A stretch of DNA of 64,000 nucleotides from the human T2T-CHM13v2.0 reference genome, Homo sapiens: assembly GCF_009914755.1 (NCBI RefSeq), contig NC_060929.1; one strand, 5' to 3'. The position numbers and the translations under genes were made by a program. The notes under the pieces are model-generated. The model searched no databases. It was not told where the DNA came from and saw nothing but the letters and a program-made list of their open reading frames with translations. Shown in pieces: positions 13,531 through 26,914 of the stretch (the stretch's first letter is position 1; each line of letters starts with the position of its first letter).

Positions 13531-14891
13531 GTATCCCTGTCCTTCTATCCACGCAGAGACTGCCATTGCTCCACAAAAAAGGGTCTATGGCTCTATTGTC
13601 ATAGCTGAGGAACTCCTCCAGGCTCTGCCTTCTAACCTCCACTTTGTCTCTTCTTATCAGGTTAAATGTACACTTCATTTCTCTCACCCTCTCTGAGTTC
13701 TTTAGATTGGTGAACCAGTTTTACTTTCACTCTGGCATGTTGGCTTCCAGAACACCCACCTTAGTTTTACGTGCCGTTGTTGACACCTGACCCCATAGCC
13801 TAAGTAGGCTTCTGGGACCCAAATAGTCCAACTGGAGTCCATATTCCTGGGCTTCTGCCTGTCTGGTAGGGTGACTGGACACAACAAATAAAAGGAGATG
13901 TGGAAAGATCATGCCACATTCACCAGACTGTTTCCTCTTTGTGGGCATGCAGGAAGATTACATTTCATAGCCCGCCTTGCAGTAAGTTGGGTCCATGTGG
14001 TTGAGTCTGTCCAGAAGAATGTGGGCAGGAGTGATTATACTAGTTCTGGGACTGGACCTCTAAATCCTTATGGGCAATACTCCAGCCCTCTCCTTCCCTG
14101 CTGTGGGGACCAGAGGAGGGCTGCCTAAGTCCTGTGGACTGTGACGTGGACAAGAAATAAATCTTTGTGTGCTAAGCTTTTAGGGCTCATCTGTTGTGGC
14201 TGTTTGTGTTAATAACCTAATGCAGGTTATAACATACAAAAGTATCTTTAAACTTTAAAACAACTTACATCTTAATGTTTTAATTCTTATGCATATTCCC
14301 CCACTGACAAATGATGTCAGATGTTTGTCACATTTTCCTAATTGCTCCCATTTTGCCTCTTTCAGTTGCAAGTGACAGAATCCCACTCAAATGAGCTTTA
14401 GCATAAGAAGGATTTTTTTATTTTATTTTATTTTTATTTTTTTTGCGGGGGAGGATGCATATGGAGTTTAGTTTCTAAATGTTATCATGTGGCTTGATTT
14501 CCTCCATCTCTTAGCTCTCCTTCCTTCTGATTGACTTTATTTGCACTTATACCTTCTCCTCATGGTGGTTAGTTCCCTGGCTGCTCTAAGCTTATGTCCT
14601 ACCAACTAGGAAGGGTAACAGAAATCTGAGACAACTTTTTCACCAGTGGTTCCAGCAAATTTCTGGGGAGTACTTTTCTGAGACAGTGTGGGTCACCTGG
14701 CCATCCTTGAACTGGCCAGTCACTGTGTATTTACTTGATCAGGCCTAAAACATGGGCTCATCCCTGAAGACTGAGTGGTAATGGCCTACTGAGATTGATG
14801 TGGAAATGTTCCTCAAAAGAAAAGTGGAGCTTTAGTATCCAAAAGGGTAATAGATGTTCACTAGAGTCAAATTATAATAATGAAAGGTAAT

Positions 14892-15481
14892 TGTATTAGT
14901 CTGGTTCTTCTGAGAGACAGAACCAAAAAGACAGACAGATAGACAGCTAGATATACGGACAGATAAATAGATAGTTACATAGATAAATAGGACAGAGAGA
15001 TAAGCAGGGATTTATTACAAAAATTGGCTTATATGATTATGGAGGCTGGGAAGTCCTATGACAGGCTGGAGTCCTAGGGGAGCCAGTGGTGTGGCTCAGT
15101 CCAAGTCCAAAGGCCTCAGAACCAGGGAAGCTGATGGTGTAACTCTCAGTCTGAGGCGGAAGGCTTGAGAACTAGGGGAATGCTGCTGCAAGTTTTGGAG
15201 TCCAAAGGCAGAAGAACCTGGAGTTATGATGTCTAAGGGCAGGAAAAGATTGTTCCAGCTGCACAAGAGACAGAGTAAATCCTCTGCCTTTTGTTCTCTC
15301 CAGGCCTTCAGCTGATTGGATGGTGCTGGCACACGCTGAGTGAGGGTGGATCTTCCTTTCTCAGTCCACTGATTCAAGTGCTGATCTCTTCCAGAAGCAC
15401 CTTCACAGACACACCCAGGAATAATGCTTTACCAGCTTTGCCTTAATCCAGTCAAGATGACACCTAAAATTAACCAACATA
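14892..15481 (-). mobile_element. ERVL solo LTR, MLT2B-like
   Basis: TGTATTAGTCTGGTTC...GAGACAGAACCAA, an internal GATA-type repeat, and end CCAGTCAAGATGACACCTAAAATTAACC are typical of reverse MLT2. Confidence 0.85.
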
Positions 15482-15780
15482 ATAATAATATTTAATAAGT
15501 GCTTGATATGTGTTACAGACAGTGATGTGCACTTTCTGTATATTATCTCGCTTTTACCTCCCAACCTCCCTAGGAGGTAGATTCTGTTATCTTTGGAGTA
15601 ATAGCAACGGAATCATTAGTCACTTTCCATAATATGAATTTGATGTGTATTAATACATACATTTTAGTACAAGCATGATTGCAGGGACTGTACCCATTGG
15701 TAATCTAGTTTCTCTTGCAATAGGAGAACAACGGAATTCTAAGGGGAAGACTTGTTTGGCATAGAAATGTTCTTGCTTTA

Positions 15781-16088
15781 CTGGAAACCATCATTCTGAG
15801 CAAACTATTGCAAGGACAGAAAACCAAACACCACATGTTCTCACTCATAGGTGGGAATTGAACAATGAGAACACTTGGACACAGGATGGGGAACATCACA
15901 CACTGGGGTCTGTCATGGGGTGGGGGGAGGGGGGAAGGATAGCATTAGGAGATATACCTAATGTAAATGACGAGTTAATGGGTGCAGCACACCAATATGG
16001 CACATGTATACCTATGTAATAAACCTGCACGTTGTGCACATGTACCCTAGACCTTAAAGTATAATAATAATAATAAATTTAAAAAAAA
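15781..16088 (+). mobile_element. 5'-truncated L1PA 3' end (about L1PA5-6)
   Basis: ORF2 C-terminus plus 3'UTR with G-rich tract and CTTAAAGTATAAT, then poly-A. 18-bp TSD AGAAATGTTCTTGCTTTA at 15763-15780 and 16089-16106. Confidence 0.95.
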
Positions 16089-16536
16089 AGAAATGTTCTT
16101 GCTTTAGTGGTTCAGGCCATTCTAATGAACAAGAAATATGGCACTTACACTGTATTTATTCATGGAAAGGTGTTCATATAACACTGTTCCAGTGTCATCT
16201 ATATGATAGTAATTCATGATCCTGAAAACAGAGCAGTGTATTCTATGTTGTCTCACCACTGGGGAAACCTGACTTTGAAGCTGAAGCTACCAAAATAAGA
16301 GTCATAAATCACTAATATTCAAATTCTCCTTCTTCTGACAGGTACAATCTTAACATTTCAGGACAAAGGAGGTGGAAGGAAGCTTGTGTTTAACACCTTC
16401 TAAATTCTCCCCTCCAATTGCACATCAGATGGTCTGGCACACTTTGAAGCTGGTCATGGTGGGCAGAGAGAGATGGGGAAAGGGTCACAGCTGGGCTGCT
16501 CAGCAAAGTCTCTGTGAGATGGAGACAATAGGAGGG

Positions 16537-16982
16537 TGTGGAGACAGAAGTGACTCCATTTTGAATGCTAATCTGCCATGTTGACTTCTGATTAGCCCCA
16601 GTCCTGTGAATGCCTCTATGTTTCCATGTTGTTTACTTCCCTAGTATAAGAACATGTCAGCCTTGATGTTACTGTACTAATTATAGGCTATGATGCATGT
16701 AGCATTCTTGCCTGTCCTGGAGCCTAATTATAGGCTATGATGCACGTAGCATTCTTGACTGTCCATATAATTACCCTCTTTCCTTATGGTCTATAAGCCC
16801 TGGGTCTGGGGGTAACAGGTTGGAGAACTACCTGTCTTGCAGCTTCCCAAGACCACGTTTCTGTCTGTAAATTCCCCTAACACTCTTTGCTGACAAACTG
16901 GATTTGTCTGTCTCTTTTTTTGATTTCTTGGCTCCTTGGCCATTTGGGGGTCATTTTGCATATATGGCCCTTTCATGGAACA
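16537..16982 (+). mobile_element. ERV solo LTR (tentatively LTR47-like)
   Basis: TG...CA termini, GTGACTCCATTTTG near the 5' end, TATA-like CTATAAG at about 16791, flanks GAGGG/GAGTG (4/5 TSD). Family name uncertain. Confidence 0.75.
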
Positions 16983-17267
16983 GAGTGCCCCTTCACAAAT
17001 GCATGAGAAGGAAGAGTGCAAACAAGGCAGCTTTCTCTCATCTACAGGCAAGGAGACATTCTCTCCTTGGCAATGAAGGGCGCTCTGTCCTTAGATGTTT
17101 GCCACAAATTTTCCCTCTGAATTCCTGTTTGGAGAATTGAATTTAGTGACACTTTGATTAATGCTATTACTATTTTCACTGAAAGAGCGGTAGCTTTTAT
17201 TTGGGGCCATGTATATTGTGCTTTCCCCAGCTCAACTTCAGAATTCTGGCAGAAGGCAAATGCTGGT

Positions 17268-17714
17268 TGTGGCAAAGATGGATAGTTGTCCACCAGAAAT
17301 ATGTTATCCTCTTTCCATTCTGTGCACCTAGCTAGCACTGAGTGGCAGTTGCCTGGCCAGGGACTACATTTCCCAGCACCACTTGCATCCATGTGCGGCC
17401 ACGTGACTAGTTCTCCAATGGAATGTGAGTGTAGCCCTTTTTAGTTGAGTTTCCCAAGAAGTCAGTGTATCATTTCTGCTTTTTCTCTTCCCATCTACTG
17501 TTCAAACATAAAGGCCTTCAAGGCCCTATGAGATGCTGTGGGGCTATAAAATGGAAGTAGCCTCGGTCCTGAATCACCACATGGAGAAAAAAATGCACTC
17601 CAACTAGGAAAAACCACCTTGGATTGTTACATGAAAAATAAATTTGTATCTTGTAAAGCTACTGAAATGTTAGGGTTTGTTGGTTATAGAAACTAAGTTA
17701 CCCTAATGAATACA
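17268..17714 (+). mobile_element. Old MaLR LTR (MLT1H/I-like)
   Basis: TGTGGCA start, ACTACATTTCCCAGC, GGCCACGTGACTAGTTC, CCTGAATCACCACATGGAG, end CCCTAATGAATACA. Confidence 0.7.
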
Positions 17715-18775
17715 TTGGCTGATCAATGAACTAGTAGATAATCCTTATGATTATTTTTTTACAAGCAAAAGAAGATATTTAACTGATAGTTGCTATCCAA
17801 TCATGATCTCTTTGAAATTCAGTGCTGTAGAGAAATAGTCCTGAGCCTGTTATAAAATAAACAGAAACGGTTAAGCATAATTCAATATTCTTTTGATATA
17901 ACAGACACCAGCCACTAATGAAGACAGTTAAGTAAATAGTTTTAGCCCAGAACACAATTGTACAGTCCCTGTTTTCAAATATGTTGATCCTTGATAAAGT
18001 ACCTGGACATTAACCTTAAGTCTTGACACTTACAAACATAATTAAAATCCTTTTACAGTGAATTCCAAAGACAGTTGTAATTATTTTGCTATGCTGAATT
18101 TGATTGTATAATATACCAGTGAAACAATCTATTAAATATTTATGGAGTACCTACCATGTACAAATCACTTTGTTTGATTCCCTTCTCATTCATTCAACAA
18201 TTCTTAACCACATATAACATGCCAGCCACTGTATTTTCTCCGTCTGTCTCTTTCTTCTACAGACATTTACTTATCACCTCCCATAGGCCAGAGAAAATGC
18301 TAAATGAGCATTGGAAAGATGAAGAAGTCCTCAGGCCACCATATTAAAAAACACTATGACACCAAAAACATTTTAAAATTGTGATAATGTAACATGCATA
18401 TTAGGGGAGTGAGTGTGCTTATAGGCCCATTTTATCATCCCTTTCCCACATGGATAGGTCTTCCAGCTCTTTCCAGACATGTCTGAAGAACTGTGTCCTG
18501 CTGGGATCCCATAGGCCTTTCCTTTGTTACCGCTATATAATATAGTTTCCTTTTTTCCGGCCTTTCTTTATTGATCACTTATATAAATTACTATCAACAA
18601 TTTTGAAAACCTATTCTCTGATCTGCTTTTATTCCTCTTCTGTAAAACCAGTCATAATGCAAACTTTCAGGACACAGAAAACATTCTAGGGGGTTGGGCA
18701 TTTGAACCCTAGCCCCCTGGATTCTACAGTCTCTTATCAAGACTTGTACAACCTGGAAACATTCCTCATTCTAGA

Positions 18776-18997
18776 CCTGCACTCTTCAATGTGGTAGCCA
18801 TTGGCTACATGTAGTTACTTAGATTTAAATTTAAATTAATTAAAATAAATGTAACAAACAACTCAGTTCCTTGCTTGCACTAGCCACATTTTAACTGCTT
18901 AATAGCCATATGTGTCAAGTATATGGCTACTGTATTTGATAGCACACAAATATGAAACATTTTCATCATTGCAGAAAGTTCTACTGGACACTGCTGC
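18776..18997. mobile_element. MER3-type hAT-Charlie MITE
   Basis: GGTAGCCATTGGCTACATGT, CACTAGCCACATTT, TCATCATTGCAGAAAGTTCTACTGGACA; TCTAGA target motif on both flanks. Confidence 0.75.
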
Positions 18998-20530
18998 TCT
19001 AGATCATTGGGAATCTAGAGGGTGAATTTATTTAGAAAGAATAGCAGGGAAGCCTGTGAGTAGTAATAGGGCCTCAGCATCTGGGCTGAGAAGTATTTAT
19101 TTTTTACTTGTCTCTCTTCTTGCTAGAAACCGTAAGGGTTTTAGAGCAGGAATTACCTCATGCACGTTTGTATTGCTAGTATTTAATATGTAAGAGACTC
19201 TCAGTAATGTTTATTGAACAAATGAAGGAAGCCTAGTTATAAAAGGACAATTTGGCGGAGATGATGGGGAAGTACAAAGAGTTGGGTGCTGACATTGCTG
19301 AAGACCTTCCTGTCCATGCATCATGAGGACTCATCCTAGAGAGAGGGCCAAATCAAATGGTTTTAGGGCAGAGAGGGGAGAAAGAGAGAAACCAGACACT
19401 AGACAGCATTTGACATGATTCCAATTTCCTCAAGTTTATTAGGTCCCTGGCTGCTAATCTGATAAATTATTTGAAGTGACCACCTGGGTAAACTATCTTA
19501 GGATCTATGTTGAATTTGTAAAGAGTAGGCACTTGATATTTGTTGAATGAAGACATTTCATCAATATATTTATTTCTTTGCTTCTTATCTCCCAGCCCTG
19601 CCATCCACCCTTCTACTCAAGAGATTGTAAGCTTCATGAGGGAAGGGTCTATGTCTATTTTGCCTATAGTTGCATAGTTAACACCTGGAATAGTGCCTAA
19701 TACATCATAGCTTAATAGATATTTCTGGAATAAATGAAGAAAGAACCTTTAATAACTTAACCCAAAGAACTTCATAAAGGTGGAAATTTCAGAGATTGTG
19801 GCAAGAGAGTGGCGGAAAATATTTTGGGGACAGGAGAGACAGTTTTGAGGACTCTCAACCTCAGAAATGATTCAGACTCTGCCTCTGCACAGGACTAGGC
19901 CAGCCCTCAAAAATGACGTGCCTCAATTTGAAATCTAAATCCCCACAGGACTCTAGGTGCATACAAGGCATAATACTAAATGGCTGATAACTTATGACAT
20001 TTATTTCCCCACATGAAGAACCACAGGGCAGCATCTCTTGTCAGAAGGGAAACAGATTTGTCAGAATGGAAACCAGCCATCATATGCTCTTTGTATTTTT
20101 ATGATTTATGTATTTATTGGATGCACCTACCACTTAACAACCTCTGGGTGCTTTTATACATTTCATAGACAAAAGACAGACACTGCTATTGTGGATTATG
20201 AGGTGGAGAGGAACCAACAAAATAACATCAATAAATCCCAAAGCACATCATAAAATCATCAAATGCTACAGAAGCTGTACATAGGCTCCCCAAGTAATCA
20301 GACACCTAAATGGAAAACTCTGAAGTCCTGAGCTTTAGTCCTGGCTCTGGCACCTATTAGATTTCACAGCCTCGAGTATGTTTCTTCATCTCTATTAGGT
20401 TCATTTTGTTCATCTCTAAGATGGGCATAATAACAATAATTGCCTGGTTTACCTTGTACAGTTGGAATATCTAATGCTCACAACTGCTTGTGAATCACAG
20501 AGAATAACCAAATGTAATAGACCAGCATTT

Positions 20531-20945
20531 TTAAATTTTATTTTTTATTTTACTTTAAGTTCTGAGATACATGTGTTAAACGTGCAGGTTCGTTACATAG
20601 GTATATATGTGTTATGGTGGTTTGCCGCACCTATCGACCCATCATCTAGGTTTTAAGCCCTGCATGCATTAGGTATTTGTCCTAATGCTCTCCCTCCCCT
20701 TGCCCCTCTCCCTGTAACAGGCCCTGGTGTGTGATGTTCCCCTCCCTGTGTCTGTGTGTTCTTATTGTTCAATTCCCACTTATGAGTGAGAACATGTGGT
20801 GTTTGGTTTCCTGTTCCTGTGTGTGTTTGCTGAGGATGATGGTTTCCAGCTTCATCCATATCCCTGCAAAGGACATGAACTCATTCATTTTTATGGCTGC
20901 GTAGTATTCCATGGTGTACATGTGCCACATTTTCTTTATCTAGTG
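20531..20945 (-). mobile_element. 5'-truncated L1PA 3' end (about L1PA7/8)
   Basis: Antisense L1 3'UTR with AAGCCCTGCATGCATTAGGTATTTGTCC. TSD ATAGACCAGCATTT at 20517-20530 and 20946-20959. Confidence 0.95.
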
Positions 20946-22049
20946 ATAGACCAGCATTTAAAAAAAAAATAACTCCACGACAGTGTGAATTTGAATTTCC
21001 TTGCTGCTGTCTGTGATGTAAGCCTCCAAATGATGTTTTGCTATTACTCTGTTGCGATCTTCCTAAGATGTGATCCCTGATACCTACTTTGAGAGCATTG
21101 GTTGTTATCTTTCGTTTGGAATTTCTTTTTCCAATAATTCTCAATTGCTAAGATCTTCCAGAGAAATTTGAGTTTAGCCTCTGGGTTCATATATGAACTA
21201 AAAGAGATAAAACACAAATAATCATACAAATAGCTACCATTTATTAAGTCCTAACTGTATGTCTGGCATCATGATTTTATACACATCAACTTAGGTAATC
21301 CTGAAAAAAACCGTATGAGTGTATACTATTAGTATTCTCATTTTATGAATGAAGAAACTGAGGTTTAGAGATGGAAAGTAACTTGACCAAAGTAACATAG
21401 ATAATAATTGGCCAAGTCAAAAGTGGAGCCTAAAACCTGTGTTTTTAACCTTTACTTTAAAATGGCTGCTTCAATGAAACAAAAATTTCTGCCTCTTGAC
21501 TCTGGTTGAATGAGGTTTTGACGTGGTATAGTATTATACATAAGGAACACAGGTGGTATAAGGTGATAGTACAAAATTGAGCATTCTAGTTTCTAATTTT
21601 GTTTCTACACAGATGTTTTCTGTCTTTGGTTACATAATTTAATCTCCACAGTCTTAGTTTCTTTATCTGGAAAATGGCAGCTCATTTGCAATTGAAGTTG
21701 ATTAGATAATCTGTGGTCTTCTTTATTTCTAATACTCTTAATCCTGTCTTTAAAGAAAAGCAAAACATAAACACTCAATTCTTTTATTATGCCAGAATAT
21801 TGGCAACATGAGTATTAATTTTTTAGGTTTCAGTGGAATTGGATAAACCTCTTTTATCTGAGAGATTAACTTGCTCTATCACTTGGACAATTTTAATAGC
21901 CACCAACAGGTCTTCCTGCTTCTACTCCTGTTCCTCATGGATAATTCACCACCCACATAGCTGCTCCCCTTTATACCAAACATCTCAGAAGAGTTTCCTG
22001 TATTGTACCCACCATGCTCTTCTTTCTCTCTAATCATATTTTAATCTCC

Positions 22050-22690
22050 ACCTCTCTCCATTGAGACTTTCTTGTCAAGGGCACAGCGGCCACCATCTTG
22101 TTGTAATCAAGGACCGGTAATCAGACCCCATTCTACTCTACCTATTAGCAGCATTAGTCACAGTTGACTACTCTTTCTTCTTGAAATACTTTCTTCACAG
22201 AGCTTCTGCTATGCTGCAGTCTTCTAGAGTCGCTCCTATCTCACTCCCTATCCCTTCCCAGTCCCATGAGCTGGCTCTGGGGATCTTCCTTTAGCCCTCT
22301 TCTTTTTTCCTTCCGTTCTCACTCCCTAGGTAGATGGATCTAGTCCCATGGCTTTAAATGTCATCTCTATACTAATGATTGACAAATTTATATTTCTAAA
22401 CTTAATATTTCTCTTGAGTTCCAGACTCATACAATTGTTCTCTTCGTAGGTCCATTTGGATATCTATTAGGCACCTCTAATTTCACATGGCCAGACCTCT
22501 TGATTTCCCTTTCACCTCCAAGAAAATTCCCATATCTCCCCCAGTGTGTCCTGCCTCAGAATAGATCACCACCATTCCCTCAGTTGTTTAATCCCCAAAT
22601 CTAGGAATCACCCTTGATGACTTCTTTTTTCACAGCCCCAAATTTCTCATCTCGGTCAATACATACTATTGCCTCTACTTTTAAAGTTTT
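22050..22690 (+). mobile_element. L2 LINE fragment
   Basis: CAGCATTAGTCACAGTTGACTACTCTTTCTTCTTGAAATAC, CCCATGGCTTTAAATGTCATCTCTAT, CTAGGAATCACCCTTGA are L2 ORF2-region motifs; boundaries approximate. Confidence 0.75.
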
Positions 22691-25293
22691 TACCCTCCAT
22701 CAGAGATAAAGAAATAATCCTTATTTTAATACCCTTCAATTTTATCATGTTAAGGCCAGTAGCTACATGACCGGAAAGCAGACATTAGCCGCTAGTATAA
22801 ATAATTTAGGAAATTCAGAGGTGAAATGCTTTTAAAGCTTTGGATAATGTGAAGCACCCATGTCATTTCATGCAGATCCAGGTATGATGGCGATGACAGG
22901 AGAAGCTGGACCTCATTTTTCTCTTTGCCACTTTCAGGGTGTTGTTCTAGTGTTACAATATCATTTTTGTTGGGGAGGTCTGGGAAGTTTTGAAACACTC
23001 ATGAGTTCACAGGTTGGATTACAGAAGAGGCGTGTACTTAGGAAAGTCAGGGGAAGCTTCATGGGAAAAGTGGGACTTGAATTAGCCATCGTATACGGAT
23101 TAGAATCAGTTAAATACAGAGGAAAGGGAGAGCATTATAGTGAGAGAGCAGTTCTGGGGACAAAAGTACAAAATGTGGGGACACACAAGTAATATTTGGG
23201 TAGCCCATGGGAGAAACAGGAAGGCTAGAGTGAAAGGTTTAAACAAGTTATAGGCAAAAAGATTCATGTTGTAGATTTGATTTTTTTAACCTAATATTTA
23301 TGGAAAATGTGCTACGTAAGTAAGCACTGTACTGTTTATATGTGCTATTTTAATTATCACACCTACACTATGATATGGGCGCTATTTTTAATCTCATTTG
23401 CACAAGAGGAGACAGTGGCTCAGGGAGGTAAAGAGACTTTTATAAGATTATGTAGCAAGGACTAGAACTGGGGCATGAACCCAAGCATTTGGATCCTAGA
23501 GGCCCTGCTCATGACCACTATGAAGTCTCTTGCAGCCATTTTAATGCAAGATGGTAAAGGTGTAGAGGGAGTAGAGCTTTGAGATATGCAGAAGGTGCTT
23601 TTTTGGTTTTTAATATTTTTAGAAAGAGACAAGCTTAGATTATCTTCAGCAATAGAGTTTATTTCAAAGGTTACTGACCCTCAGTGAACAGGACATCCTA
23701 GGTTCTAGTACTTTCAAAACTGGGATATATTCTATGCTCCATGGAAACCTGACAGCTAGCTCAAGTTGCCTCACTCATAAGTCATACCTTCCAAGAGACA
23801 GGATCTAAATAAGCCATTTGTCACTACCCAGTATGAGGTATATCTTGGGTGGGGTTTCATATCAAGCCAATGGAGGCATTCTTTTTTTACTTTGTTTACA
23901 TTCAGCCTATAACATAGATTCTTAGTCAATTGGTCCCTGTCTACACAGGCACCAGAGTAACCTCATGACAGCAGTTGCAGAGACAGTGCCTACATGGGGA
24001 CAACAGTAAACATCAACGTGTCAAGGAGGCCAATGGAGACCTTGGGGACAGAGGAGGTGGCTGTCGCTCTACTCCAGCTGATTTCCACGTGAAAATAGAG
24101 GATCAAATGATCTTCAAGAGATGTAAAATTCCTAGGAAATTTCAATACTGACAGCTAACTAAAATGAAAACAATAGCAGCACACTTTGGGTCAAAGAAAA
24201 TAGACCAGGTTGCTACTGCTGACTTGAGCATGCCTCCTTGGTATTGGGAGATATTTGGCTTTTCAGAAATGGCTTTGGGATTAGTTTTTCTGGGAGATTT
24301 CTTAATGGAACATTGAAGAGTGACTTAGAGATCAGGTTGGCTTGCCCTTGGAGACCAGATCAGATGTATCCAAAAACTTCCTGGTCTTAAAGGCCACCAA
24401 TTCTCCTGCATCCTTCAGCCCACCTGAACTCCTGAATACCTCTCTGTATCTGAGGGTGTTTGGGGAGTCTGGAATCGATGATCCAGCAGTGGGTTTCAGG
24501 AACATCACATCTGGAATGAATCACCCTTCACTTGCTTTAACAGATCAGTCTTCAGGGGAAGCTGATTGCTCCCTTATCCATATCATACTTTGATTCATTT
24601 ACACTTAAGTGATGAAAGTGGTCTTTTCTCCTCTCTCTTTAAATGGATACTAACCCAGGAGGGGCTTGGGGAGTTGTAAAGGGGAGTGCTAACTCCTTGG
24701 ACACACTCTTGGTTGCATTCTCAAATGGACCACTCAATTAGGGGTAATATTTCATTGACTTGTGTGTCCGATGGCTCCATAGCCAGCAGTGTTTTCTAAA
24801 TGGTCCTGAGGCAAGACTTTGGGCTTCAAAATCAGCCCTTCATCACCTTTATATCTGGGGCTGCATTGGCACAGCCTGGATTGAAGCAGTTATTTCTATC
24901 CGGGAAACAGCCACAGTCTCAGGCTGGGAGGTCTTGACTTGGACTGGCCTCACTTGTCAAAAGAATGGGTATTCTGATGCTTTCTGGGGCTGGGCTCATA
25001 CAGCTTCCTTATCTGCATGTTGAATCTGACCACTCTGGTACCTGTCTGGATTTTCTATAAGGGAAAAAGATGGTTGGATTGGAAAACAAATCAGGCTGTT
25101 TATGTGTTTTCCTGGATCTGCATAGAAAGTATAAATGTGTTCAGATAAACAGTCTTATTTTTCCAGAAACCTCGACATCAGGGAATGCTACAAATTAGTC
25201 TTAGCTTCAAGGGTGAAGCAAGTAGTTGCTTTGCTTGATATTTACATAAATAGCACAGGTTTTGTTAAAGAAATTTAATGCAACGGCAGGAGA

Positions 25294-25319
25294 TGTGTGT
25301 GTGTGTGTGTGTGTGTGTG
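25294..25319. repeat. (TG)13 microsatellite
   Basis: Direct read. Confidence 0.95.
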
Positions 25320-26577
25320 CTGTAGTCCCTAGGTGCTATAGGAACCAGTGGAAATTTTCCTAGTGACTGGAAGAATACATGATGTAGATGACCTTTCACT
25401 CTAATTATAAAACTGGCTTGAACGAATCTTTGGAAGTAATTGATTGGGCTCAGTGATAAAATGTTCTCAGTAGATCAACCTCTAACTTCCTTATACGATT
25501 ACACCTTTGTCTTTGAATTAGTGGCTGGGTATAATTTGTAGCAAATACAAAGTTTGGAAACTAGCTGCCCATTTGAAAAATGTGGAAGACTATATGGCAG
25601 CCTGGTAAGGACAGGAACTACAGTGATAATTGCTAAAATAAATTAAGGATACTAGTTACAGTCACCTTTCTGATGACATTGATACACTTTATTTCTGTGA
25701 ACTCTGGATTCTCACAACAACACTACAAGGTGGTTGCCATTATTATCCCTATTTTAGAGATGAGAAAGCTGAGGCATGGAAAGGCAAGTCACTTGCTCAA
25801 GGCCACAGCAATAGAAGAAATAGCAAAGCTTAGATTTGAAAATGGGTGACTTAATTTCAGAGTTTATTTTCCTGCCTACCTTGCAATCATGCATTTCTCA
25901 TTCTATAGTTGAATACCTGGGTCTTGTACCGTACTTGGCACCCAGTAGGCACGTTGGATAAATTCTAATGCTTAGATAAAGCCCATTAATAGATGTGAAT
26001 TTCTTTATAAATGTCAGTTTTTATTGTTACTGTTGATGCTACTACTATTATTAATTGCAATAGCTGCTATTTATTGGACTCTTTCTCTGTGTCAGGCACC
26101 AAGCTGCACTTAGCATGTGTTATTTCATATCTTCCTCATAACAATTCCATGTTGCAGATAGGAATGCTGAGGTATTGAGTAGGTAATTATTTAAATTTAT
26201 AAGTCATTCTACTAGAAAAGAGCAGTGTCAGACAGAAGTCTGTTCTTACTCCAGAGCTGGTTGCCTTGACTATCAAGGCAATAAAATGTGATTGCCATGA
26301 AAGCTTCCATTTTCTTCTTCTGTCAAAAAATACTCTTCTTGGGGTTTTCTAGGGATAAAAACAAAGCAAAACCACAATGATGATAATAATCCAAAAATAG
26401 AGTTTGAGATATCCTCAAATGACAATATTTACTGGATAATAAAGGAAGTCTTCATTATCTAGGGCAGCTTTTTCCAACACTTCAGTCCTTGCACATGGTC
26501 TTTATGATTTTTTACCATATCTAAATTTCACGTAAACTTTTAATGTTTTTCTATATTAATTAACTTTTGAAAACTAA

Positions 26578-26914
<337 letters not shown>

